A DNA stretch of 60,805 bases, the filler included, from Sluysia triapertura (lineage: Eukaryota): NCBI GenBank assembly GCA_046118255.1. It is 4 parts of 4 records of this genome, joined end to end, with 100 filler letters (N's around TTAATTAATTAA, not from the genome) between each part and the next. Parts side by side here need not be neighbours in the genome. Positions count along the whole stretch, not along the records: positions 1 to 17,134 come from JBJNIA010192162.1; positions 17,235 to 34,544 come from JBJNIA010189830.1; 2 more parts are not named here. One strand, given 5' to 3'. Positions within the stretch are counted from its first letter, which is position 1. Each line of letters opens with the position of its first letter. The notes beneath the pieces were generated by a model. That model had not been told where the DNA came from, made no database searches, and saw only the letters and a program-made list of their open reading frames with translations. The position numbers and the translations under genes were made by a program. Below are positions 10,875 to 22,699 of this stretch, piece after piece.

Positions 10875-13800
10875 CTAAATAAAATAATATATTAATTCAT
10901 AGTACATTTTACACATGAAACTTTTTTATATTCCTCGTTATTGTTATTACATTATTTTACATTATTTATTACATTATTTTATGCTTTATTGTCTCAGGTA
11001 AACAATTTCTTTTTTATTAACATGTTTACGTATGTTCTCACATTTATTTCTTTTAATACATAATCATTTAAATAAATATCTGCAAATTTATGAAAAAAAT
11101 ATATAAATTTAACAAATAAAACTTGATTCGAGAAAAAAAATATCAAAACAAATTAAAAGTAATTTAAAATAAGATAGGATTGAAAAGGCAATTGTCAATT
11201 TAGAAGTTTAACATATTCATTTTCTTTATAAAAAATCGTTGTTACGACCTTATACAAAATTAATTTATGGGTAAGTAAATATGTTATCGAATTATTATTG
11301 AGACAATAATACATAAATTAAGGTGTTGATATAAACAAATAATGATTTTGATTGAGAACCACAAATGCATCAATTAATGTTACAAATTATTGTTTAAAGT
11401 ATTATTGGTAATAAAGGAATTGTTTCTTAGGTAATAGATGAATACTTAAAAACTTTAAATTTAAAAATTATATTGTTATTATTTAAATTAATTAAATTAT
11501 TTAATTAAAGATCTTATGAATATAAGTGAACTAAAATTGATGTCATTAGAACGAATCAAAGATTAAAAGAGAATTCAAAAGTACTCAAACTGCAAGACAA
11601 TATTCAAATGTTATCAAAGTCGCATTGGAAGTAAAATATGCTATTGATAAAATCATAGTTACTTTTGATAAAATTAAAATATTTAAACTAATAAAATTTT
11701 CTTTAAAAGTACAAGTTTTTACTTTTATTTACAAAGTCGAAGAATTTGTGCAGCTTCAGCGATTGTCACAATTCCTATCAAAATTCAAAGTAACGCAGTT
11801 ATAGTTGATGCTACCGCAATTTGTTATAAGCATTAAGCATCATGAACGTTTGTTAAAATGAACCTATTTCTAGTTGTCAGTCGATTACTTATAATATACT
11901 GTAGTTTCTTCAAATATGGCTCTTGGTTTTTATTATTTGTTGATAATGGAGAAAAGGGTAATTTCAAATCAGTCAGCAAGAGCACTAGAGTCAATTGTAA
12001 TTTTTGAAATTGTTAGGTACAGTAAAAGGTTCCTGACAAATGAACTTGGAAGTAAAAAGTAGAAGAAGCACTATATCTAACAATGTAACTTGACAAAGCA
12101 GAAATATGTTGTCACTAACAAATATTAAAGGTCGCACATTATCCATGATTACTTATTGTATTAAACTTTGCATATCAACTTTAATTCGAAAATCCTAAGT
12201 TTATGTTATAACTACTTCCTACGTCTTCGTATATATACCTTATACACAAGTAATGCAATAATAATCTTATTGTAACGTGCGCTATCACAAAAATTATTTC
12301 GTTTTTTTTATTAACAGGATTAAATTAACAATAACTCATTTGGTTCATTATGAATAAATTGATTAGTTGGTTATTCATTATTGTCATTAATTTTTTAAAA
12401 AATCTGTTCAAGGTTATTATTTGAATATATTTGAATAATTTAAGTTGAAACTAAAGGTTAATAAAATTTGTAAGAAAAACTAAAAATTAATTGTCAACAA
12501 TAAAGAGATTTTTTTCACAATTAAAAGTCACTGTTATTTTAAGAACATACGTTCGATTTCACTGCGATGTCTGAATTTTTTATTCATTCTTCATTTTTTG
12601 TTTTAAATATATTATTCATTAGATTTACTATTTCATTATTATATAATAAAATTTTTATAAAAACTTAAGTACATATATATAATATAATATAATATAATAT
12701 GTAAATAATATAAGTATAGTAATAAGTATTTTTAATGAAATTCACATATAAAATAAAATAACCTTCAAAATATGCAGAAAGAGGTAACAAAGTTAAAATC
12801 ATCCATGGTTGTATATGGTAAGACATATCAATAGGATTTTGTAAACCTAAAACAGAGTTTACAATATTAAATGAAAAATGTCCTGTTAAATAAATAAAAC
12901 AATGTGCTTAATCATAGCAGAATGCAAAACTATAGAAAAACTAAATTTTTGTTTAAGTTATAATAATTTCATTTCTAGAAATTTAAAGTTAGGTAAAATT
13001 TCGATACTGCTTTCGTCCTTCCAAAGAGTATATTTTAATTGTAAAATAAAAAAATATCACGAATTTTCTAACAATTCCTTGAAAATAGTTTTCGATGAAA
13101 TCATTAAATTACCCTCATGATCTTTATTTATATAAATTAATAGATTTCTAGGTAAACGAACTTTATAAATCTAAATGATAAGTGAAATTATTTTGTTGCT
13201 TTTAGGATATCTCTGTGATTAATTTTATTATTATTATTGGTCTCTGATTTCATTCATTTTCGATTCTAATAGCCTTCATTCACTGGTTTTGTTCCTTAAA
13301 CGAATACTTTTTTAGTATAAACAAATCCATTAAGTATATTATCTATACATTTATTAAGAAACCGAAGTCGCAATTTTTATTAAAAATGAACGGAAGTCTT
13401 CGGAATATTTGCTTATTTCTGGAAATTTTCTTGCTGACAATTCACCCAATTGATTAATATCTACAAATCCACCAAGAGCTTTCGGGCTTATGTGGAAGTG
13501 CCACCATCAATCGCAAATATTACCAACTTCGCTTATTTATTACAAAGAAATAATTATGTCAAATAATTATAATCAGATTATGATACAAAGGAACAATTTT
13601 TTTGCTATTATTTATTTTGTTTTTGAAAAAATAGAGGTAGAAAAAAACAAGTTTTAATTCTTAAAGGTTTTAGGGTTAAAGTCAATTAATTTTCTATTAC
13701 TGACGAGAATTCATTATTAAAAATTAAAAATAAATGACATCGAAAATTTAAATAAAAGAATTAACTTTGCATAATTTTTAAATGATCAATATGCAAAATG

Positions 13801-16800
13801 ATAAATCATAATAATATATCAATCTGTCCTGACTAAGAACAAAATAAGGTACAAAATTTCGTGGACATAAATGCAATTAATCATAAACATTATTATAATG
13901 TAGGAAGAAATAGTTGAAAAGGGAATCACAAAAAATTAATAATTAATGGATTTCGTATGAGCCATAAGAACAAAGTTCACATTTATTTTCTATAGTACAA
14001 TTTAGTTAAGACTACTATCATTTAAAAATAAAAGCTACTTATATTAAAGTAATGATGACGATATAGATCTGGGTAAGTTTAATCCAAGAAACTTAAATAA
14101 CGAAATAATTGTTACAGAATTCAGGGTCATTAAGCTTAAATCTATTACCATTATTAATAATAAAATTCCTTTTAAAATATAAATTCAGCTAAACGTAAAA
14201 CTAAACCCCCACCATATAAGGTAAAATCAGGATCACGAAATCCATTGCTTAAAAACCAAAAACAAATATACATGAAAGCCATTAATACAGCAAAGAGAAA
14301 AACGAAATAAATATTGAATTGACTTATATTTGATATAAACACGGTTACATTTTAAATAAAATTCCAAAGCATTAGTAACGATATTATAAACAATTTTAAA
14401 TCCACCAGAAAATTCCGGATTTATAAGAAAAACCTAATTTTAAAAATCTGATAACTCATGATTATAAAACTTTAAATAATATTTAGGAAAAGATAATTAG
14501 AATTCAATATATTAGTAATAGAAAAATAATTTATAAATACGAAAATTAGAATCTGAACTACTTTATTGATGATTATATGAAACATTATAATTATCATTTC
14601 ATCATAATCAACTTTCGAATTGGTTTTATGATGCGAAAATTCACCCTACCAAAAAATATTACATGATTATTAGAAAGGACGAAAGAAAAAAACTGTTAAT
14701 TTATTGTTTTCATTATAAACAAATTTATTTAATTATTGTTTTAACGAAATATACCCAAATTGTCTATAACCAACTATACCCAAATGGTAGTAGAAAAACA
14801 CATTTTGTATGTAAATTATTATAAAGGAATAAGTTTAAAAATAACTTTAATAAATTATTGAGTCATTAAGAAAAGCAGGATTAACTCAAACTGAACTTTC
14901 CAGACTTAAAAATATTAAAATAATTATTGGTTTCAATAAAAAATGATCAAACAGACTACCAAAAACCAATAAACCAATACCGAGAAACCAATAAACAGGA
15001 TAATTTTAATCATTTATTCACTAAAATAGCAAGGCTACAGGAAGTGACTAATTTTTATAACTAAAATTTGTTTCATTAGGTGGAAATCAACATACTCGAA
15101 ATTTAAATGTGCATTATTTAATTACATCTAAAAATCTTATATCAAGAAGTGTAATTAAGTTTTTCCACATAACAAATTGTATTTAATAGTTGCTTTTCAC
15201 GATATAATAAAAATTACAAAAAAAATATAACCATGTCCTGGTGATACACATATCTACTAATATTCTTATAAACAATATACTAAATAAGATATTAATTAAT
15301 TATGACTAACTTTAAAAAAGTTGTAGTTAATCTTAATAAAGTCAAACAAGTTAAACAATTAATTTCGATTGTTGCAACAAATAAATTTTTAGCATTCACT
15401 CGATAAAGTTTTGAATACTATTTCAAAAGATACTAGCAATGAAGATAATATTATGTTTATTAATGGTATTTCAAACAAATTAATAGTTGTTACATTTTAT
15501 ATTTTAAATAAAGTTTGTAAAAATTTAATTACTATTTATTTAGATTTCGTGATTTTTTATATTTTCATTGTCAAGATTTAAAAGAACTTTGTGATTAAAT
15601 GACAAAAGATAACATTAAGATAATTTTTTGTAGTGTTTATGTATACAACTGTGAAATTGAGACTTGCTTTAAAATATGAACATAGCATTACCTTAATTAA
15701 CGATATTAGATATTTTAAAGTTACTAAAGATCATTTTAATGATCTAAATTCTTTAACGACACTAAAAGAATAATTCAAAAGTTTTTGTATACAATGTCAA
15801 ATTAAACTAAAGATTAATTTAAGAAATAGATTCAAAATGTTATGCCATCCAAAAGTATTGTGATAAATTTATGTTTAAATGTGTATTTCAGATTCAAAAC
15901 TTAGGATTATAAGAATGAATATTGTTGCAGGTACACAAGAAATCAATAGCTTTGCCATCAGTGATCACCGCTTATTTTATTTTGTCAAATAATTACAGGT
16001 TTATTATTAGATTCCATAAAGTTTCAATTTGTTTCTGTAGTCATGATTTCAGCATCCAAAACTGCGAATTAATATTCATATTTTTCAAAGTAATCAGCGA
16101 TCTTAAGTCATATTTTAAAAACTATTTTTCCAAAAACCTTAAAACGTAAGAGTTTACTTTTTATTTAAGGAAGGACCTTACACCCATAATTTAATTTACA
16201 AGCACCATAAGTGCCATAAGCACTTGAGTATATTGAATAGTAAAAACTTTAGTTACTTAATTTTTGCATTATTAAAATTTAAACGTGCCTTTTATTTATT
16301 TAATGAAAAACATATATTAAATCAATCACCTTAAAATTAAAATAGATAAATAAATTTTTGGCTATAGTATGGTACACATGAAAAACATTATATAAGAATG
16401 TGCTTTTTTCATCATAACAAAAGACTAAATTTTAATTTTTCTAAAAATAGTAATAAATAATGTAATATATAAATTTAAACACACCATTTATATAATACAT
16501 TCTTGTATTACAAATCAGTGAATCGATATTTAAACTTGGCAATAGGACTTTATTGATCTATATTCAGATTAAGTGTAAGTACAATATCCTAGTTTTAAAA
16601 TAATGTATAAAGTAAACACTAAAATTAGTTTATATTAAAGTTAAAATAAAGTTACTTTAAAATTAATCTTTCGAAGCATTACATATGGTTTAAAAAATTT
16701 TACATCGTTATTCTAATATAGTAATCATTTAAATAAATTCCTAGTGACTAGAATCCTTTGTTTTGAGACTTTGAAAGAGAATTTAAATTCTCATTGCATT

Positions 16801-17134
16801 TCCAACTCTTACATAAGAGACAAGTTAGAACTACTATTTTTTGGATATATTTAAAGTTTTGAATTTATTAAAGAAGTTTGAACAATTTAAGTCATTAAAT
16901 AAATTTCGAATAATTTTAAGTGAAACTTAAAAGTTTGAAGTTCAAGTATAATTTTAAAGGAAGTAAGAATTGTCCGTCTTAGTAAAGAATATTATTTTGA
17001 TCTAAGTTCGTGAATAGTTTTAGATGGAGTAAAATTGATTAATTTATAATAAATTATTATCGTTATCTGAAGTAAGAAAGTATTAACTTGCACAATGCAT
17101 AATAAAAACCTAAATACAATAAGCCCATGCATTA

Positions 17135-17234
17135 NNNNNNNNNNNNNNNNNNNNNNNNNNNNNNNNNNNNNNNNNNNNTTAATTAATTAANNNNNNNNNN
17201 NNNNNNNNNNNNNNNNNNNNNNNNNNNNNNNNNN
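17135..17234. other. Artificial contig spacer (N44-TTAATTAATTAA-N44)
   Basis: An exact 100-bp block carrying a 12-mer with stops in all six frames; identical blocks occur at 34545 and 47641. Confidence 0.97.
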
Positions 17235-18031
17235 TTTTGCACGAAAAATTTTATTATCAATGTTATTATCAATGTAAATTAATTAATTACTGCATTTAAA
17301 GCAGAACATAATTAATGTTTATATTTAAAGTTTTTTAAAAAAAATGGAATTTTTAATTAACATTTAGATTATTTAAATAAAAATTTAAATTAAAAATATT
17401 AATAAATCGTACTAATGTAAAATTAATGTTGAAATGACAAGATCGTTAAAAGTCATTGTTAGAAACATGCAAGCGATCTTCTGAACTAAAATAATAATTA
17501 TGGTGGAAAATGCGTAAATAAATTTGACAAAAATGCAAGATTTTCTTGATGTTCTTTTTCGGTTACTAATTTATTCAAAAATCAAATATAAGTAATAAAC
17601 TCGACACTGAAATTGGTTTTTATTTTAGGTTAGATTAAACAAATCAAATGTTAATTAAAAGAATATTGTACTTAAGTCTATTCTTATTACATATCATTTA
17701 AACTTGTACCATTTTTTGTAGATAATCAAAATTAATTAATTCATTCTTCTAGCTAATCACATTCTATGTTGCAATATTGCTCTAATATTGTTTAAATATA
17801 ACTTGTTTGAGTTGTAGATAATATGTAGGATGAGTTTGTTATTGTTATATATAGAATGTATTATTGAATAACGTTGTGAATTGCTTGATTGTAAAGATTA
17901 GGAGTTACATAATGTGTGAAAGAGATTTAACTTGGGAATTATATTAACTATATTATGAGTTTATTGTTTATTACACGCTGATTCGGTAATATAATCAGCC
18001 ACCACAAACATGAACTGTAATGCTTCTATCG

Positions 18032-18900
18032 CCACTAGCAGTGGAATTAGATGCTTACCTGCAATACTCTACTTTATATCAACACACGAAGACTTTAAAA
18101 ATGAACTACAATACGCATGTATAGCTGCAAACGATCAATCAGCGGAGGTATTCTCTCATTAATTTCTGGAAATTTGGAACAAAAAAGCACCGGTAGATTT
18201 GACCTCACTGCTTCATAACTTCTACAGTTTGATTATGTCAAAAGAGGAATTGTTTGAAAAAATATTTCCTAATATAAGAATCACGATTCGCTGAGTGAAC
18301 TAGCTCTTCTTGCGGCAGGAACAAAGACGTTGAAGAACGTAACAATAATATTCAGTCTTAACAATAATTAAAGTGAAACAGTCACAGAATTGCAGAAGCA
18401 GAATTTTTGAATTTACTTGATTTTCCAGGGATACATCGCACACACTAAGGTTGAAAATCGGCGTTCCAATTATTATGTTACAAAACCATCCAAAACTTTG
18501 CAATCGCATGTTGTAAAAATTACCGAATAAGCTCTTAGAATCTTTCGAAGATAAAGATAACCAATGGCAATTCCAACAAAAATTAGGGTTAATCTTTAGA
18601 ATTGTGCGGTTTAGATCTAGACACTAAATCTAAAATTAAATAGTTTAAATAATATTTAATCGCTCAAATAACTTATTAAAATATTGGGAAATTGATGTCT
18701 ACTTTTAATTAAAATATAAATTAAAAAAATAACAATAGAAATAATAATATTACTATTCAAAATAACATTTATTTACTTTTTCCAACATTGTGGTAGTTAT
18801 AAAGATTCCATTTTGGTAAAAAAATTGTGTAATTAATTAATAAAGTTGAAAATAAAGCTAGCGAATAAAAATAATCGTAGTAAGTCCGCCAACGTACTAG
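18032..18900 (+). mobile_element. Helitron remnant: decayed PIF1-type helicase C-terminus and a candidate 3' CTAG|T end
   Basis: Disrupted frames give NDQSAEVFSH*FLEIWNKKAPVDLTS..SKEELFEKIFPNI, EFLNLLDFPG, LRLKIGVPIIMLQN.PKLCN and SLELCGLDLDT (18032-18625). These follow the Helitron RepHel helicase motif order. CTAG at 18897-18900 is followed by T. Confidence 0.85.
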
Positions 18901-19039
18901 TCTTACCGGTTAGGGCTAGCCGTTGGATTTTGAAAAACTTAATTGTTATAGAGGTTAACTTGTTTTAACTAAAATTTTCTGGTGATTTTATTATTAGAAT
19001 TAAGTCAATAGTTTTACAAATGATTTAGATTTAATCAAA

Positions 19040-19230
19040 GTAGATTTTAATATGGTTCTTAAAAGTGAACCGGGAAAAATAGTATGTAATTTTAATTTGG
19101 TTCTTCAAAATGAGTCACAAAAATTTAAATCGAGATTTTAATCCGGTTCCAAAATGAACCACAAACAAATTCAAATTTAATTGTTAATAATAAAACCGAG
19201 ATTTTAATCAAATTCTAAAATGAAACTCTA
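19040..19230. repeat. About four degenerate 45-65 bp tandem units (GATTTTAAT..GGTTC..GAACC)
   Basis: Units start near 19043, 19088, 19134 and 19200. The best-preserved units carry a GGTTC/GAACC mini-hairpin. Confidence 0.6.
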
Positions 19231-20050
19231 GGTAAATTCAAATTTAAATGATAATAACGAGATACTAAATTAATATGAAATTATATTAAATAAAATGAGG
19301 TTACGACAAAATAAAATAGATACAAGTTTAACAAGATTATTAGAAAATAACCTTAGAATAATGTTTAAAAAATATTTTAATTAGCTACTTTATTAAAGAT
19401 TAGCTTTATTAATTCAAGAGATTTTACGTGGAAATTTAAAATATGCAAAGTTAAAAATTGCAAAGTAATCTTAATTAATTAAACTAACGATAAAAATGCA
19501 ATCTTTTCGATTTTAGGAAGACAATTCTGGAAGGTGGATTGGTTTTTGATAATTGATGTCAAAAATCGTTATATAAAATTTTAAAGAATTTTAAAGGTGC
19601 ATTTATCTGCGTGAGTTTTGGCATAGTGCTTCATCTTAAATATTAGAAAAGTGGCCTTGAATGTCAATAGCTATTTTAAATAACTATTTTAAACAAATAT
19701 AAAAATTTATCAAATTTTCACTATTCAAAAAATCAGATTAATTATTATGTTATTAAAAAAATGATGATTAAAAATAATTTATAAATATAATTTAAAATTA
19801 AATTTATAATCCGAAATTAAGTTTTTTTTATTTAAATTTATTTGAATGAACTAAAAATCAATAAAATCAATATCTTACTCTACGTACAAACTTTATTACT
19901 GTAACAATAGAACATATGAACTTTGTTACATTAAGATATAATAAGTAAAATGGATGATTTAGGTAAAATGGTTTCCTTAATCGATTGTTATGTCTAGATT
20001 ATTAATTATTAATTATTAATCATTACTAATTTTATCAGAAACCAGTAACA

Positions 20051-21216
20051 ATGAAACGCAAAAAGCGTTTTATTCCAAAAACGCACCACAAAAGAACATA
20101 TCGATGGAAAGTTTTATTAAAAGAACGAAATTGGATAAGAAAGAAACCAATAAAGCCATTTAAATATAATATTTGGTTGCAACTGCATCGTAAAAAAAAT
20201 TAAATATTTTAAAACGAATTTGGTTAATACATAAAAAACAATCGAATTTGGTCTTACAATTAAAAAGAGAAATATTCAATATTTGGAAAAATGGTTTGGA
20301 ATGTTTGGAAAGAATCCATTGGCAATTATGGATTAAACATATCAAAGATATTGACCATAGTAAGTGGATTTCAAGAATCAAAACTATTATTAGAGTTATA
20401 CACGAAAATAATATAGATAGTGTGAATATTGTATGGAAAAAATGGTGGAATACTTTAGTAAAGTGGTATAAACAATGGTTGGCTATGTATACAAATAAAC
20501 AAATAAATATGATATGGCGATGGAAAAAATTTGTTAATTGGTTAATAGAAAAGGATTGGAAGGTAAAATTATTGAAAGTAACCGGTATTGATCATCAATT
20601 ATGGATAGGTAGATTAGAACGTATCATTTGGATAATAAACAATCGAAAATATAATGAAATTTGTGATAAACTTTGGGAAAATTGGCGTGATAAAGTTGAA
20701 GCATGGATTCGTTTAATAATACACAATAAATTATCGATTTTAAAAAATGATCGTAAAGATCATTTGATTTTAGTATGGAATAAACGTTTAAGATGGGTTT
20801 TGACACATAATGTGGAAATGTGGATTAAATTCGGTCATAGATTTGATGGTATTCGACAGCAAGCCATGGAATTTTTAACTAAACTCAAAGAAGGTATTAA
20901 AAATTTAGATGCAGATATTTTAGATCAATTGAATGTAGTATCAATGTGACAACAAATAAAAAATAATGTTATATATGAAATAGAACATAAGTCAGAAAAT
21001 GAAAATGTTCATGTTTATATGAAATGGCTAAATCGATATCATACAGTCAAAGTTATGAATATAGATTACGTAATATCTCAGACTAAAAGCAGTGAATTAA
21101 GTAGTTCATTAGAAGGTATGGAGCATTTGTTAAAATCAAAACATTTTCAAATAAATTATGATCATCAAATGAATGTTTATTACGAAAAAATAAATAGTGC
21201 CATCGAAAACCGCTAG
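20051..21216 (+). CDS. Trp-rich helical repeat protein of unknown function; interrupted by a 1-nt frameshift in an A8 run (~20192-20199) and an in-frame TGA (20947-20949)
   Basis: The core ORF 20248-20949 has 21 Trp and no Pro in 233 aa, with a ~79-aa internal repeat (IDHSKWISRIKTII / IDHQLWIGRLERII). The frame from ATG 20051 joins it if one A is added. The same frame stays open past the TGA up to TAG 21214-21216. Confidence 0.6.
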
Positions 21217-21287
21217 CAAAACTGAACAATATAAAATTTTGATTTTTAATTATATTTTACTTACTTACAATAGTGAGTAAGTGAATT

Positions 21288-21590
21288 ATGAGTAAAAATT
21301 ATAAGATACCTATTTGCTTGTATAATAATTTATGTATAATTATAAACTCTGAAGTTGGTGAGTTAAAAGATTTGTTGAATTCATGTTTGAATGATGATGA
21401 AGCAGATTTGATAAGATACATTGAGGAATCATTAAAGATGCTTTATTCAGAATTAAGAAAATTATCTCCGAACACAGTTTCTAGTGAAATAAATAATCAG
21501 AAAATAGACGTTGATTTTAATTACATTTTAACAGAAAGTAAGAATAGTAATATTTTTGTCTTCTTTGAATTGGAATTGTTTAAAAACTGA
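21288..21590 (+). CDS. Hypothetical 100-aa ORF, possibly a further segment of the disrupted upstream gene
   Basis: Protein-like helical composition (SEVGELKDLLNSCLNDDEADLIRYIEESLKMLYSELRKLS). It lies on the same strand between two longer ORFs. No homology recognised. Confidence 0.35.
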   Translation: MSKNYKIPICLYNNLCIIINSEVGELKDLLNSCLNDDEADLIRYIEESLKMLYSELRKLSPNTVSSEINNQKIDVDFNYILTESKNSNIFVFFELELFKN

Positions 21591-21655
21591 TTATTGTGAT
21601 AAAGCTAACATATCCATGCCTAAAATTATAAAATAAAAATTTTATTAAATGTATA

Positions 21656-22699
21656 ATGAATCGATACACGTTCAATGTTTGGATACGCATCTCGTTAAAA
21701 TTGGTTCTAACAATCTTTATGCAGAATTTGTCAATATTACAGTCGTTTTGGTATAGGAGTAAAGAGCTCCTCATCACGGCATCACTATTTGGTCTAATTT
21801 TAGCAATATGCCTCGGTTCTTCTACGAATTTTTCGCATGCTTACACGACATTATATGGTTTGAATGAAAGATTAAGATGTTTACATAAAGCACGTAGTGA
21901 AATTGAAGTTATTGTCATGAATGCAATGGAAATGGAAGTCACTGCTCCCTATGTTAATGTAATAGCAGCACTTACTAAATGTGGAAGAAAGGACGATTTG
22001 TTATTTAATATTATGCATGATCATTCTATTCAAAAAAATGGTTCGTTATTCAATGTTTTAATTAGAGTTATTGTTGGTTCTGATATAGTTGTAAAATTTT
22101 TTAAAATGGATGTTGTGTTGTCGTTTATAAATCATTCTATTTCATATATAAATGTTATACTAACAATCGCTATAGTATTAGCATATTTAGTGGAAACCTC
22201 TCAAACGTTATTTCGTGGTACAATTATGGCACGTCATCAATTATTAATTATATTAGTTATTCACCTCATCTACTTGGTGTTATGTTCCTCTAAAACAAAA
22301 AAATGGATACTATGCGACATTATCTCGCCCATAGATGATGGTTTCTTCGAGACGATTCTGAAAGACGCAGACAAAGCAGAAAATGAACAATTTATAAGTA
22401 AAGGTAATAAACATATGTATATTATACCAAATATGTACATTAGTGTTGATTCATTTTTTAACCTTTTTCTTAATAAACTACTTTTGATAAATGTTGTAGT
22501 TGAATACATCAAGTCGGATTATTTTGTTTTTTCTTTATGCGTGTTAAATATTTATCTATTATTAATAAATTTGGGCCTTAAGCTCCTTTTAGCTAATAAT
22601 TATATATTTGATAAAATTTGTTTCCTTTTAATTAATTTTTATTCTAAGAAAGATAAATTTTATAAATTAATTGAAATAAAATTGCCCTCAACACTTTAA
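21656..22699 (+). CDS. Hypothetical multi-pass membrane protein (347 aa, intronless)
   Basis: 347 stop-free codons in very AT-rich DNA, with several hydrophobic stretches (LLITASLFGLILAICLG; INVILTIAIVLAYLV; LLIILVIHLIYLVLC; FVFSLCVLNIYLLLINLGL). Family not recognised. Confidence 0.5.
   Translation: MNRYTFNVWIRISLKLVLTIFMQNLSILQSFWYRSKELLITASLFGLILAICLGSSTNFSHAYTTLYGLNERLRCLHKARSEIEVIVMNAMEMEVTAPYVNVIAALTKCGRKDDLLFNIMHDHSIQKNGSLFNVLIRVIVGSDIVVKFFKMDVVLSFINHSISYINVILTIAIVLAYLVETSQTLFRGTIMARHQLLIILVIHLIYLVLCSSKTKKWILCDIISPIDDGFFETILKDADKAENEQFISKGNKHMYIIPNMYISVDSFFNLFLNKLLLINVVVEYIKSDYFVFSLCVLNIYLLLINLGLKLLLANNYIFDKICFLLINFYSKKDKFYKLIEIKLPSTL

Noticed and set aside
13370-13530. Minus-strand FPEISKYSEDFRSFLIK, resembling a kinase subdomain XI
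   Set aside because: Flanking residues do not fit kinase subdomains IX-X, and the match is too short.
17179-17190. TTAATTAATTAA palindrome as a biological site
   Set aside because: It is embedded in fixed-length N runs three times and is an assembly linker.
20947-20949. Genome-wide TGA=Trp or another alternative genetic code
   Set aside because: CCAR1, UBR7 and the Trp-rich ORF itself use TGG for Trp, and the intact genes have no internal stops under the standard code.
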